Source: Ignavibacteria bacterium (GTDB taxonomy: Bacteria > Bacteroidota > Ignavibacteria > Ch128b). From it: a stretch of 64,000 nt of DNA. Position numbers and translations under genes: made by a program. The notes beneath the pieces were generated by a model. It was given only the letters and a program-made list of their open reading frames with translations. It made no database searches and was not told the DNA's origin. Shown here piece by piece: positions 1 through 10,544 of the stretch (position 1 is its first letter; each line of letters starts with the position of its first letter). Where the stretch lies: contig VGVX01000006.1 in NCBI GenBank assembly GCA_016873845.1, positions 121 to 64,120 on the forward strand, given 5' to 3'.

Positions 1-97
1 TTATAGTAAATGATGATGAACTAAATATATCAAATAATGAACTACTTATTAGATATTATAATGCGTTCAGATATGAAGAATAAACAGAGTTGTTTGA

Positions 98-715
98 TCA
101 ATCAAAATCTGTTGACAAATCCGGGTATCGCAAGTGTTCAAAGAATCTTGAGATTTGCTTTTCGGTAATTCTACCAGTAGAAAGTTCGGGCAATTGATCT
201 TCTGCGAAGAATTCCACTTCATCTGTTTCAATTCCTCTTTTCGCATCACCTCCGATGATTTCGCAGAGGAAGAAAATTTTGTAGAGATGATAAATGAATG
301 GTGTGTGCCCTTGTTTATTCCGATCGTAAACAGCCAGGACTTTTTTTGTTTTAACTCGATAACCTGATTCTTCGAAAATCTCTCGTTCAACATTTTCGCT
401 TGGAGTTGAGCCGACATCTGCCCACCCGCCGGGTACGGTCCATTTCCCATCGGCTTTTTCTTTCACTAACAGAATTTCGTCCCCTTTGAAGACGATTCCG
501 CGGACATCGACTTTGGGCGTAGAATGTCCCATTTCACTTGCAAAGAACTTATTGATTTCGGATTTGTCCGCCCCTGATTGATACGAGATCATTTCGGATG
601 CAATTTCTTGAATCAGATTATATCGTTCGATTTCGAATTCGTTGTCTGTGTAATTCAATCCGCATTGTGCAAGCGATTGAAGTTTTTGAGACCATTCAAG
701 CCATTTAGGTGTCAT
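98..715 (-). CDS. NUDIX hydrolase (ADP-ribose pyrophosphatase-like, with N-terminal helical extension)
   Basis: 205-aa ORF. Nudix box GGWADVGSTPSENVEREIFEESGY fits Gx5Ex7REUxEExGU. Confidence 0.8.
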   Translation of the reverse strand: MTPKWLEWSQKLQSLAQCGLNYTDNEFEIERYNLIQEIASEMISYQSGADKSEINKFFASEMGHSTPKVDVRGIVFKGDEILLVKEKADGKWTVPGGWADVGSTPSENVEREIFEESGYRVKTKKVLAVYDRNKQGHTPFIYHLYKIFFLCEIIGGDAKRGIETDEVEFFAEDQLPELSTGRITEKQISRFFEHLRYPDLSTDFD

Positions 716-724
716 AACAATTAA

Positions 725-1267
725 TTATTTTTCTAAACAGAATTTTAAGTATGAAACAATTTCTTCTATATTATCACTTAAGAAGACAATTCCCTTATCC
801 CTCTTTTCTAAAATCATTCTTTGATCAATTAATTTAACCAGATCATTCCAGTAATCTTTGTAAGCGACCAGAGGTTTTTTCTTAATCATTTTTTTATTTG
901 CTAATTCCCATACAGCGGAAAATTCAAGTAATGTACCTGTTCCTCCTTTCAGAATAATATATCCATCCCCAAGCTCGATAAGTTTCGAGATTCTTTCAAA
1001 AAGATTTTTACACTTTATTTCAGTCTGAATAAATTTATTTGCCTTTAATCCAAATGAATCGATCGTCACGCCGATAGTACTGATTCCGGCTTCAGCCGCA
1101 CCTTTCGCGGAAGCTTCCATCGTACCGTAAAATCCGCCATTACAAATATCGAAACCGCTCTTCCCCAGCTTTTTACCTAGGTTGCAAGCGAATTCGTATT
1201 CATCTTTTCCGGGTTTTGGAAAGGATGAACCGAAGATTGTGATGATTTTGTTTATTGTTTTTGCCAC
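725..1267 (-). CDS. TIGR00725/LOG (SLOG) family Rossmann-fold nucleotide-binding protein
   Basis: 180-aa ORF. GGFYGTMEA and KGGTGTLLEF motifs are typical of LOG / lysine-decarboxylase-like proteins. Lies 9 nt upstream of the NUDIX gene on the same strand. Confidence 0.65.
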   Translation of the reverse strand: MAKTINKIITIFGSSFPKPGKDEYEFACNLGKKLGKSGFDICNGGFYGTMEASAKGAAEAGISTIGVTIDSFGLKANKFIQTEIKCKNLFERISKLIELGDGYIILKGGTGTLLEFSAVWELANKKMIKKKPLVAYKDYWNDLVKLIDQRMILEKRDKGIVFLSDNIEEIVSYLKFCLEK

Positions 1268-1279
1268 AGATTACAGTGA

Positions 1280-3418
1280 TTAATCGAGAAATTCCCAAGC
1301 TATTCCAAATCGGAATCCGATATCATTTATTGGATAAAACGGCTCGAGATAAAATTTTCTGTTAGTAACATTTTCAATTGATAGGTAAACTATTGCCGAT
1401 TCTTTTATTTTTCCGGATACGACTAAATCTATTTTGTAGTTTGATGGAATTTTTATATTTGAATAATTGAAGTCGAGAGAATCAACGGTTCGTATATTAG
1501 TGTAATAAATTTTTTCAGGAGAAAATCCGAGTCCATTGTATGAAGTGAAAAAGCTGGCACGGATTCCAGCGTTCAAATCTAAGCTTTCGTGAAAAAATTT
1601 ATCCTTAAGGAATAATCCGACATTTGCAGTAATGCGAGGTTGAAAAATGCTTAAAATATTTTCTTCAGTAAACTTATTCAACGAGGAATTAAACTGCAGA
1701 CTTAGTTTCCATAGATTTACTCGTCCAGAAAAACTTCCTCCCATTCTAACAGATTTTTTAGGGAAGGATTTGTCTATTCCATTTTGAAGTTCCTGACTTT
1801 GTAAATATGCAATTGAAGGATATCCACCGGCATTGTAGTTCTTTCTAACAATTTCGTTTTGATGGTAAAATACATCGAATGTTAGCGATATAATATCAGT
1901 AAAATATGCAGCGCTTGAGTAAAGACTTGTTCTTCTCCCAAGTTCATAAAGATTGTTATAAATGTCGTAAGCAATTTCGTCAGGGGACGGATTGTAATAA
2001 ACGCGTGATGCTCCAGTGTAAAAATGTAAATTATTAAATAGAGCAATAGTTAAATCACCACCAAAACTAAGGTGGGAAGCGTTAATTCGCTTCTGTTTGT
2101 AATACTTTATATAAAAAGCAGGTTTAATGAAATTTGAAAGATTAAACTCAGTAAGAAAATACGATTGAAATTCATTATATAGTTTTTTCCCAGGGATAAA
2201 TGATGATTCCAAGATTTTTCTTTCGAGGAGTACAGCGGTTTCAATTTCAGTAAAGCCGAGAGTATAATTTTGCTTAAACTTAGCGCCCCAGACTTTTGAC
2301 CAATGATCGTTGTGAATTTTCCATCCAACTGATTCCTTCTCTCCATCTCTAAATTCTCTTTGTGATTGAGCGAAATATAAATTCAATGAAGAGATGCTTC
2401 TGTTATTTTCAAAGAAATTTCCTCTAACTTCTAAATCCAAATTATGTTTTGTCCATTTGTGGTACGAATCTTCATTTACGACCGGAGCTCTCAACTCATC
2501 ATATAGCACATCTTCAATTGTTTCATTTGGACGCAGGTTTATTTTATTAGTTGAAATTCCTTCATTGAATCTCACAAGAGATTTTGAATATCGATATGCA
2601 AAATTCCAATTGATGTAATTTGAAAAGAAATGTGACAGTTTAACCTTGCCCGCCCACAAATCTCTTTCACTGTTTTTAAATCTGCCTGGCTGAGAGTGCT
2701 TTGTTAGCCCAAAATCAAAATTTAGTCTTCGGTGAAAATTCGCATTGAACATTCCGTCAATGAACAAGTTATCGTAGGGAGCTTCAATATATTTAATTCG
2801 TGAATAAGGAAGCTGCGAATACAACTCTTTTGAGTTCAAAATAATTGAAAGACTCTCGTTCGAGTTTCCCAATAGAAATGCACGCGGATTAGGGATAATT
2901 TCAATCGATTCAATTTCTTCGGAGCGAAAATCCAATAGATCATAAGTATTTGTGAAAGGATCATTGATATTTTTTTCGTCTAATAGAAGAGAGACATTTC
3001 TGAATCCGTTTCCGTGAATTATCAATTCATTGATCCCTCCAGGCGTGCCGAGATTTCTATAAAAACTGTTTGGAAGAAAACCGAGTCGAGAGTATAAGTT
3101 AATAAAATTATCCTGCAGTAAATCATTCTGTGAAATGAAGATTTCCGAAAAAGGATTTTTGACACGAGATAATTTTATCGGGATTACAGAATCAGCGGCA
3201 AGAACTTTCCGAAGCGAATCGAGAACGGCTGCAGTATCTATTGAAGTTATCGGAATCGTGATTGAGTCTGCTTTTATTTCTGTTGAGTCCGCTATGTCCA
3301 TTAGGACTATCTCCCCAACCTCGCTACTATAACTGCTCCATGAATCAGTTTGGGAAGGGAAAGTCGAATTGTAGATGAAAAAAAATGTTAAAAACAGGCT
3401 AGTTAAACGAGTAAGCAA
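1280..3418 (-). CDS. Outer-membrane beta-barrel protein, TonB-dependent-receptor-like
   Basis: 712-aa ORF with an N-terminal signal-like segment and a plug-like region (LIIHGNGFRNVSLLLDEKNINDP). Long alternating aromatic/polar beta-strand pattern; ends in an aromatic-rich terminal strand (GIAWEFLD). Confidence 0.5.
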   Translation of the reverse strand: MLTRLTSLFLTFFFIYNSTFPSQTDSWSSYSSEVGEIVLMDIADSTEIKADSITIPITSIDTAAVLDSLRKVLAADSVIPIKLSRVKNPFSEIFISQNDLLQDNFINLYSRLGFLPNSFYRNLGTPGGINELIIHGNGFRNVSLLLDEKNINDPFTNTYDLLDFRSEEIESIEIIPNPRAFLLGNSNESLSIILNSKELYSQLPYSRIKYIEAPYDNLFIDGMFNANFHRRLNFDFGLTKHSQPGRFKNSERDLWAGKVKLSHFFSNYINWNFAYRYSKSLVRFNEGISTNKINLRPNETIEDVLYDELRAPVVNEDSYHKWTKHNLDLEVRGNFFENNRSISSLNLYFAQSQREFRDGEKESVGWKIHNDHWSKVWGAKFKQNYTLGFTEIETAVLLERKILESSFIPGKKLYNEFQSYFLTEFNLSNFIKPAFYIKYYKQKRINASHLSFGGDLTIALFNNLHFYTGASRVYYNPSPDEIAYDIYNNLYELGRRTSLYSSAAYFTDIISLTFDVFYHQNEIVRKNYNAGGYPSIAYLQSQELQNGIDKSFPKKSVRMGGSFSGRVNLWKLSLQFNSSLNKFTEENILSIFQPRITANVGLFLKDKFFHESLDLNAGIRASFFTSYNGLGFSPEKIYYTNIRTVDSLDFNYSNIKIPSNYKIDLVVSGKIKESAIVYLSIENVTNRKFYLEPFYPINDIGFRFGIAWEFLD

Positions 3419-3431
3419 TTTTCAAAATTAA

Positions 3432-3848
3432 TTATGAATATTTCATTAAAAGTGCTTCAGTATCGTGTGAGACTTCAGCCATATAAAGCACTACAGAAGC
3501 TAAATCTTCGGCAGAGCAGGATTCAAGCAAAAGACTATCTACCATTATTAAAAGATCAACGCCATCCTCGTTAATTATAGCAAAAGAGCCATAATCAAGT
3601 TCAAAATTATTTTTTAGGAAAGTGTAAAGCAGGTCCAAGTTTTTCACAATCGGGCCTATTGTCACAGTACAGTCTATCTTTTCAACATCGAACGAGTCGA
3701 TGCTTTGATAAATTGAAACTTCAACCGAATTATCTTCTTCGGTTGTAACTTCAATTAGGTAAACGTCCTCCTCGACAGAGTATTTTGTATTTAAAATTTC
3801 GCAGGCTTCTTCGACCAGATTTTTTATATTTAATTGTTCGCTTTGCAT
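3432..3848 (-). CDS. Hypothetical acidic cytoplasmic protein (possibly YbjN/chaperone-like)
   Basis: 138-aa ORF, strongly acidic, no TM segment. Fold guess only. Confidence 0.3.
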   Translation of the reverse strand: MQSEQLNIKNLVEEACEILNTKYSVEEDVYLIEVTTEEDNSVEVSIYQSIDSFDVEKIDCTVTIGPIVKNLDLLYTFLKNNFELDYGSFAIINEDGVDLLIMVDSLLLESCSAEDLASVVLYMAEVSHDTEALLMKYS

Positions 3849-3951
3849 CAGCTCCTATCAATTTTGGTCTCAAAATAACCAATAATGAAGTAAAAAAAAA
3901 TTAATGAATCGAATTTATTATCGAGCTTAGTTAGTTGGATTGTAATAAAAT

Positions 3952-4269
3952 CTAATTTATCTCAATTCCCGTTCGAACGATTTCTTGAACAAAAAAATCG
4001 CTCAAGTCAAAATCCTCAGGACGAAAAGGAAAGGGGGAAATCGAAAAGTCGATCTTTGCTTTTATTTTCCGAATCTTTTGTCTGTCGTTAAATCTATTGC
4101 CTTCAAAATCTTCTGAGACTAAAGCTAAATCAATATCGCTCCATTCATTATATGAACTGTTAGCATATGATCCAAAAAGTACAGCTTTTTGAATTCTGAA
4201 GTTATTCAATTCTAGTTCATTAATAAACTTTTTAACGACATTAATTATGTTAGCTGGGACTTCAGCCAT
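3952..4269 (-). CDS. Minimal nucleotidyltransferase (MNT), antitoxin-like partner of HEPN
   Basis: 105-aa ORF. GSYANSSYNEWSDIDLAL matches the GS-x(n)-DxD pol-beta-type NTase motif. Overlaps the upstream HEPN ORF by 25 nt. Confidence 0.8.
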   Translation of the reverse strand: MAEVPANIINVVKKFINELELNNFRIQKAVLFGSYANSSYNEWSDIDLALVSEDFEGNRFNDRQKIRKIKAKIDFSISPFPFRPEDFDLSDFFVQEIVRTGIEIN

Positions 4270-4670
4270 TCAAATATTGCCTTAATATTCTCTAATTTTT
4301 GTTTTGTCTTTTCAAAGTTCAGAGATGTTTGTATTGAAAATTTATAATCTGGATACCTTGCTTCGAGTTGATAATCATTAATTTCATCCAAGAATAATTT
4401 TTGGTCCTCATTAATGGATAGATTAGTCTTTTCAATAAGCCTTAATAGATCATGAGTTCTTGGAGGATTTTGTTTATTATCTTTGACAAAATGTGCTTTT
4501 ATGATTTTTTCTAAAATTAAATGACCGACGAACATACACCAAAGATAATGCTTCCCTTGAAAAAGATTTTCTAGTACGGGAAGATCATTTTCGGCAGCTT
4601 TGATCCAATATTTTACTTGTTCATCTACTGTCATAAAACCTTTTGTCCAAAATAAACTAATTAAAATCAA
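4245..4670 (-). CDS. HEPN domain protein (toxin-like partner of MNT)
   Basis: 141-aa ORF. PRTHDLLRL and LEARYPDY motifs are typical of PF05168-type HEPN. Operonic overlap with the MNT gene. Confidence 0.7.
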   Translation of the reverse strand: MILISLFWTKGFMTVDEQVKYWIKAAENDLPVLENLFQGKHYLWCMFVGHLILEKIIKAHFVKDNKQNPPRTHDLLRLIEKTNLSINEDQKLFLDEINDYQLEARYPDYKFSIQTSLNFEKTKQKLENIKAIFEWLKSQLT

Positions 4671-4683
4671 ACTTTATTCAAAA

Positions 4684-6069
4684 TTACAGTATATACTTAC
4701 TCAAATCCCGATTCTTTACAATTGAAGTTAATTTTTCCTCTACCAATTTTTTATCAATTACGATCTTCTTCACTTTGATTTGATCTGGAACTCCGAAGAG
4801 AATATCTTCTAGCAAAGTTGTTAAAATTGTATGAAGTCTTCTTGCGCCGATATTTTCTACTTGTTCGTTCACCTCGGTTGCCACTTTAGCAATTTCATTA
4901 ATGCTCGATTCGTCAAACTCGATTTCTACCTTGTCGCTATGGAGTAATGCTGCATATTGTTTAAGCAAAGCGTTTTCAGGGAGAGTGAGAATTTTTATGA
5001 AATCTTCTTCTGTAAGACTTTGAAGTTCTACTCGGATTGGAAATCTTCCCTGTAATTCGGGAATTAAATCAGATGGTTTTGCAACATGGAAAGCGCCTGA
5101 TGCAATAAATAAGATATGATCCGATTTTACCGCGCCGTATTTTGTATTGACAGTTGAACCTTCAACAATTGGAAGCAAATCTCTCTGAACGCCCTCACGT
5201 GAAACATCTGGACCTTGCTTTGAGCTTTGTCCTGCAATTTTATCAATTTCATCAATAAAAATTATTCCAGAGTTTTCAGCTTTAAAAATTGCCTCTTTGA
5301 TTATCGCATCCATGTCGATCAATTTTTGTGATTCTTCATGAGCTACTACTTTTCTTGCTTCTTTGATAGGCATTTTTCTTTTTTTCTTCTTCTTAGGAAG
5401 AACATTGCTGAAGAGCTCTTGGACGTTTATTCCTAAATCATCAGGGCCGAACGGACCAAACACTTGCATCATCGCTGAGGATTCAGCAGTAACATCAAAT
5501 TCAACCATCTTTTCATCAAGTTCACCGCTTTTTAGTTTTAACCGGAATTTTTCTCGCGTGCTTTCATTTGTTTCTGATGGATGTTCACCATTTTCTGCAT
5601 TTTCAGTTTTAACCGATTTTTTAATCGGCGGAATTAGCATATCGAGAATTTTTTCTTCCGCAAGGTTTATTGCTTTGTCTTGAACTAATTCCATTTTTTC
5701 AGATTTAACCATATTAACAGAAATGTCTGTGATTTCACGAATCATTGATTCAACATCTCTGCCAACATAACCGACTTCAGTATACTTTGAAGCTTCAACT
5801 TTTAGAAAGGGTGCGTTTGCAAGTTTTGCCAATCTTCTTGCGATTTCGGTTTTTCCAACTCCAGTCGGACCAATAAGGATAATATTGTTTGGTAGAATCT
5901 CTTCTCGCAGTCCGTGCTGAACTTGTTGACGCCTCCATCTGTTTCTCAACGCAATTGCAACCGCTCGTTTTGCGGCATCTTGCCCAATTATATATTTATT
6001 CAATTCCTGTACAATTTGCGATGGCGTTAAACTTTTAATTTGAAATCCGTTTTCGTTTTTCTTAGGCAT
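4684..6069 (-). CDS. hslU: ATP-dependent protease ATPase subunit HslU
   Basis: 461-aa ORF. Walker A GPTGVGKTEIARRLA and Walker B IIFIDEIDKI. Directly downstream of hslV. Confidence 0.95.
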   Translation of the reverse strand: MPKKNENGFQIKSLTPSQIVQELNKYIIGQDAAKRAVAIALRNRWRRQQVQHGLREEILPNNIILIGPTGVGKTEIARRLAKLANAPFLKVEASKYTEVGYVGRDVESMIREITDISVNMVKSEKMELVQDKAINLAEEKILDMLIPPIKKSVKTENAENGEHPSETNESTREKFRLKLKSGELDEKMVEFDVTAESSAMMQVFGPFGPDDLGINVQELFSNVLPKKKKKRKMPIKEARKVVAHEESQKLIDMDAIIKEAIFKAENSGIIFIDEIDKIAGQSSKQGPDVSREGVQRDLLPIVEGSTVNTKYGAVKSDHILFIASGAFHVAKPSDLIPELQGRFPIRVELQSLTEEDFIKILTLPENALLKQYAALLHSDKVEIEFDESSINEIAKVATEVNEQVENIGARRLHTILTTLLEDILFGVPDQIKVKKIVIDKKLVEEKLTSIVKNRDLSKYIL

Positions 6070-6077
6070 ATTATCGT

Positions 6078-6614
6078 TTATAACTCCTCAATTACAATAT
6101 TACTGTTTGTGTAGATACAAATTTCTGAAGCAGTTTTAAGAGCTTCTTCTACAATTTCTTTTGCGGAAAGCTTACTGTGTTTTGTTAGCATCTTTGCCGC
6201 GGCAAGAGCATAGCTTCCTCCAGAACCGATTGCAACAATGTTATCGTCCGGTTCAATTACATCACCAGTTCCGGAAATGATTAATGCTTTGTCTTTTGAT
6301 ACAACTGCAAGTAACGCTTCAAGGCGTCTTAAATATTTATCAGTACGCCATTCCTTTGCGAGTTCGACGGCGGCACGATTTAAGTTGCCGCGATATTGTT
6401 CCAGTTTATCCTCAAATCTTTCAAGTAAAGTAAATGCGTCAGCAGAAGCACCAGCAAATCCGGCAACAACATTTCCGTTTGAAAGTGTTCGAATTTTTTT
6501 TGCATTGTGTTTCATTACGGTTTGACCGAGAGTGACTTGTCCGTCTCCACCAAGCGCAGCTTTCCCTTTGTGAATTAATCCTACAATTGTGGTTGCTCGA
6601 ATTTTTTCTGTCAT
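6078..6614 (-). CDS. hslV: ATP-dependent protease subunit HslV
   Basis: 178-aa ORF with an N-terminal TTIVG catalytic-Thr region and a proteasome beta-like sequence. Confidence 0.95.
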   Translation of the reverse strand: MTEKIRATTIVGLIHKGKAALGGDGQVTLGQTVMKHNAKKIRTLSNGNVVAGFAGASADAFTLLERFEDKLEQYRGNLNRAAVELAKEWRTDKYLRRLEALLAVVSKDKALIISGTGDVIEPDDNIVAIGSGGSYALAAAKMLTKHSKLSAKEIVEEALKTASEICIYTNSNIVIEEL

Positions 6615-6621
6615 AAAAAAC

Positions 6622-9102
6622 CTATGGAATTTTCTTTTGTAATTTTAACCATTCATCGTACCAGCTTGTATATCGGTTAATGAGAGGCACGGCAGAAATT
6701 CTTCCCCCGAATCCCATGAACCGATAAGAAAAAATATTTAACGAACTAACTTTCACTTTGTTCAACAATTCGTAATTTATTTTTTTAACATATTTTTGAG
6801 CCAGCTCCGCAACATGCTTGTCTTTAAATTTGTTGAATTTCTTTTCAAATAAGTCAGAGCGATATTTTTCTTTCACGTTTTCAAAATCGGTTATTTCATT
6901 CGGTGATTCTGTTCTTTTATCCAACAATTTTATTATCGAATAACCATCCGCAGATTCGACGGGAGCAAATATTTCACCGACTTCTAAATTAGCAGCATTC
7001 TTTCTTATCTCTCCATACATAGTACTTGGAAAAAATCCAAGCTCACCATTTTTTTCGGCAGCCCACTTCCTTTTGGAATATTTTCTCGCAAGTTCGCCGA
7101 AGTCGTCCCCTTTTTCTAATTGTTGCAGTAAAAATTCGATCTGATCTAAACTATCTACAAGAACTTCTTGAACATTTACTAAAACAATATTTTTAATTAC
7201 AGAAGATCGTGATTTTAAATATTCTTCGATTTCATGATCGAGAACTTTATTTTGTTCGCGCCACGCACGATTTATCCAAACGCTGTAATAAAAATTTTTC
7301 CACATCTCTAAGTCAGATTTTACCTCCGGCTGATGTTGAAGACCTTGTCTATACCCTTCGGCAGCAAGAAATTCATCCTCCATATAACTTTTTATCGACT
7401 GGCTGATTTTTCTAGCAATAAATTCGCGTGATGAATCTTCAACTGCGAAGGTCTTGAATAAAATTGCACGTAAAAATTCTCCGATCGAGATTTTTCGATT
7501 ATCAATTTTTATTAATGTAGTTTTTATCTGTTCACCGAGTTGATTCTCAATTTGTTCCACATCGTTTGGATCGAGCATCGATTTATTTTTTACGAGCTTT
7601 TCTTTAATTGTAAATTTTGACTGCAAGATTTGGATTAAAGGATCGGCAAGAGTCCAAAACGCTGTTCCGTCCGCTTCTCCCCTTTTCGACGAAAAAAAAG
7701 TTATAAAATACTCGCTATATCTTTTGCTTTCTAATCGCTCGTTAAGAATTTTTTGCGCTTTTCTATGAGCATCATTCGATTCCGTTGAGCCCATTACGAT
7801 TCCAAAATGTGCGCTATCGACTTTGAAAATATAATAACCATGATCAGCTTGGACTGGAGCGGTAAATGTTTTTGGTTCGGTTCTGTAAATAATATTTTCA
7901 ACTTCTTCTGGAAGAGTTCCGTAAGTGACTTCAAACGGAGATTTTTGATTTTCAAATTCTGGACGTTCTGAAAGAATGGAATCGAAATCTTCTCCGCCGA
8001 TCAGTTTCTTGTAAATGTCGTAGACGTGTGCAGAGTCATTTGCAAATATATAATGGCAGTATATTTTTACTAAACTTTTCGCAAATGCATTATCAGATTC
8101 TTCTTTAGAAATAACAACTTTATCTCTTATTTCGCGTTTATAAAGAGCATCACGAACAAACATTTTCTCAAGCTGCAAATATGCACTCGAAAGTGCAATT
8201 GATGTGTCAATAGTAATGCTTTCCGCTTCAATTGCCATTAATTTTTCTGCAATTAGTGTATTGAGAAATTCGGTTTTAATTTCCTCATCTATTTCTCTAA
8301 CATTTCGCCGCGGCCAAGGGGTCAATTCAAATCGTTTTTGAAATTCATTTACAGTAATAACTTTCATCCCAAAATCAACTAAGACTGAATCATGTTGTTG
8401 CTTTGCATTGGCACTTTCGAGATTAAAAATAGAGATTAAAACTGTAAGAGTTAAAAATGTCTTAGTTGCGGTTGAAAACAACTTTTTTATATGTTTGATC
8501 GGAAATATTCTTGAGACGTTTTTCATGTATTCTGGATATTCATCAGGAAAATATTTTAATAATCTTTTTTCTTCGAAATACGAGCCGATCCAAAAGTAGA
8601 CCGAAGCTGAAATCAAAAATACAAAATAAAACAGCGACATATAAGGACGAAAAGCTAAAAATAAAATCGCGAATAGATATAATGGATGTCTAGAAAATCT
8701 GTTTGGTCCGGTCATATTCAAAGTTGGATTTTCATCGTATAGAGTGACCGGATTGCCTTTATAAAATCTTTTTAATTGATTAACACCAAGGAACTCCATC
8801 GTATCGAAATATTTGAAAGTCCAAAGGAATCCAATTAGAGATAAAATTTGAAAAATTACTATAATAATATCCCATGGAGGAGTAAGGTCGTAAATATATA
8901 CTTCAGGCTTTGGAGAGAATTCCCAAAAAATTATAAGTGTAAGAATACTGATTAGATTATACCCCAATCGATAAAATGCAATTTTTTCTCCGAAACGACT
9001 TTTAAAATAATCTTTAATCTTTAGCGAGGCAGTAATAGAGTGAATGGAGGCGAAAATCGTAAAAAGAAAAAGAATAATTAATACATCGATGGCATGGGTC
9101 AT
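6622..9102 (-). CDS. In-frame fusion: ICMT/PEMT-like membrane methyltransferase domain plus SurA/PpiD-like parvulin peptidyl-prolyl isomerase
   Basis: 826-aa ORF. Residues 1-200 are multi-TM and end with RHPLYLF...[25 protein letters not shown], a typical ICMT/PEMT C-terminus. An internal Met at 8526 is followed by a signal-peptide-like segment and a long SurA/PpiC-like region (GELGFF...[18 protein letters not shown]). Confidence 0.6.
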   Translation of the reverse strand: MTHAIDVLIILFLFTIFASIHSITASLKIKDYFKSRFGEKIAFYRLGYNLISILTLIIFWEFSPKPEVYIYDLTPPWDIIIVIFQILSLIGFLWTFKYFDTMEFLGVNQLKRFYKGNPVTLYDENPTLNMTGPNRFSRHPLYLFAILFLAFRPYMSLFYFVFLISASVYFWIGSYFEEKRLLKYFPDEYPEYMKNVSRIFPIKHIKKLFSTATKTFLTLTVLISIFNLESANAKQQHDSVLVDFGMKVITVNEFQKRFELTPWPRRNVREIDEEIKTEFLNTLIAEKLMAIEAESITIDTSIALSSAYLQLEKMFVRDALYKREIRDKVVISKEESDNAFAKSLVKIYCHYIFANDSAHVYDIYKKLIGGEDFDSILSERPEFENQKSPFEVTYGTLPEEVENIIYRTEPKTFTAPVQADHGYYIFKVDSAHFGIVMGSTESNDAHRKAQKILNERLESKRYSEYFITFFSSKRGEADGTAFWTLADPLIQILQSKFTIKEKLVKNKSMLDPNDVEQIENQLGEQIKTTLIKIDNRKISIGEFLRAILFKTFAVEDSSREFIARKISQSIKSYMEDEFLAAEGYRQGLQHQPEVKSDLEMWKNFYYSVWINRAWREQNKVLDHEIEEYLKSRSSVIKNIVLVNVQEVLVDSLDQIEFLLQQLEKGDDFGELARKYSKRKWAAEKNGELGFFPSTMYGEIRKNAANLEVGEIFAPVESADGYSIIKLLDKRTESPNEITDFENVKEKYRSDLFEKKFNKFKDKHVAELAQKYVKKINYELLNKVKVSSLNIFSYRFMGFGGRISAVPLINRYTSWYDEWLKLQKKIP

Positions 9103-10544
9103 AATTCCCTTCGAAGTTTTGCTACAGGAAGTCCAAGCTGCTCACGGTATTTTGCAACAGTTCTTCGTGCAATTTTTATCCCCTCTTTATTCAGAATTTC
9201 ACCCAGCTCTTCATCGGTAAAAGGTTTCTCTTTATCCTCCGAAGAAATGATTTCTTCGATTCGAATTTTAACATTCTTATTTGAGATTTCTTCGCCGGAA
9301 TCGGTTTCAAGTCCCTCACTGAAAAAATATTTCAATTCATGAATTCCAACAGAAGATTGAACGTATTTCCCATTCACGACTCTGCTGATTGTTGAAATAT
9401 CGAGTTGCAGCGGCTCGGCAACGTCTTTATAGATCATCGGTTTCAAGTGCTTTTCTCCAAGTTCGAAGAAGTCGTGTTGTTTTTCAACGATCATATTCAT
9501 AATTCGAAGCATCGTAATCTTTCTTTGGTTGATAGATTCGATGAACCACTTTGCCGAGTCGAGTTTTTCACGTAAAAATTTTTTTACATCTTTTTCAGAT
9601 TTATTTTTTGCCCTCTTCCCTCTTTGCGATAAATATGCTTCGTATGAATTATTAATCCGCAATTGAGGTAGATTCCTTTCATTTAAAAATACAACGAATC
9701 TTCCCTCAACTTTTTCGACAATTAAGTCTGGAGTAATTTGATTTAAGCTTGCAAGAAGAGAATCCCCTTCCCCAGGTTTTGGATTTAAATGCTGAATAAT
9801 GTTTAATGCATCTTTTAATTCCTCGCGCGTAATCTTGAATTTTTCCTGAAGCGCTTCATAACGCTTTTGAGTAAAATCTTCGTAAGCGTCTTTCAATATT
9901 TTGATTACGAGATTTTTCAGATCGTCATGAAGCTCCTTTTCCTCCATTTGTATCAATAAACACTCTTGTAAAGTGCGAGAACCAATTCCTATCGGATCGA
10001 AATGTTGAATTTGACGGAGGATCCGTTCAGCCGTTTCGTGAGAAATTTTGATATGATCGAAAAGCTCCAAGTCTTTTACGATATCATGCAAATCGGAGGT
10101 TAAATATCCATCTTCATCAATGTATCCGATAATCTCCTCTCCCAGTCTGTACTGATCTTCATCAAGATTTAGTAATCGCAATTGAGAAATCAGATGCTCT
10201 TTTAATGAGGGTCTATCAGGTGCTGGGATATCGGCTTGTTCTTCGGTATCTGTTTGGGAGGTTGATTTATAGCCATCGAGATTGTCATTTAAAAAATCTT
10301 CAAATGTATATTCGTCATTAGAATCGAATTCGAAACTTTCTTCTCCTGAATCAGACTCCTCTTCTCTTGTTTGATCAAGTGAAATTTCCTCAATAGGAAT
10401 TTCCTCAAGAAGTGGATTAATATCGAGTTCGTTTTTAATCCGTAATTCCAGTGAAAGATTGTTCAGCTGCAATAATTTTTGGTACTGTATCTGCTGGGGC
10501 AGCATTTTGAGCTGCTGAGCTAATTTTTGACTAAGATTTAACAT
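9099..10544 (-). CDS. rpoN: RNA polymerase sigma-54 factor
   Basis: 481-aa ORF. Gln/Leu-rich N-terminus (LKMLPQQIQYQKLLQL) and a C-terminal RpoN box ARRTVAKYR. Confidence 0.9.
   Translation of the reverse strand: MLNLSQKLAQQLKMLPQQIQYQKLLQLNNLSLELRIKNELDINPLLEEIPIEEISLDQTREEESDSGEESFEFDSNDEYTFEDFLNDNLDGYKSTSQTDTEEQADIPAPDRPSLKEHLISQLRLLNLDEDQYRLGEEIIGYIDEDGYLTSDLHDIVKDLELFDHIKISHETAERILRQIQHFDPIGIGSRTLQECLLIQMEEKELHDDLKNLVIKILKDAYEDFTQKRYEALQEKFKITREELKDALNIIQHLNPKPGEGDSLLASLNQITPDLIVEKVEGRFVVFLNERNLPQLRINNSYEAYLSQRGKRAKNKSEKDVKKFLREKLDSAKWFIESINQRKITMLRIMNMIVEKQHDFFELGEKHLKPMIYKDVAEPLQLDISTISRVVNGKYVQSSVGIHELKYFFSEGLETDSGEEISNKNVKIRIEEIISSEDKEKPFTDEELGEILNKEGIKIARRTVAKYREQLGLPVAKLRREL

Noticed and set aside
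5363-5683. Antisense or nested ORFs inside well-supported genes
   Set aside because: Examples:
- 67-450, 155-367, 2107-2346, 5363-5683, 6238-6525, 9094-9342
- 11677-12009, 12606-12803, 29208-29420, 31276-31545, 33506-33949
- 44204-44590, 45199-45504, 46223-46504, 50408-50650, 51210-51669
- 53050-53301, 57153-57440, 59316-59683, 62116-62385

Each lies wholly within, or opposite to, a gene with strong motif support. They show low-complexity or biased composition and are treated as shadow ORFs.
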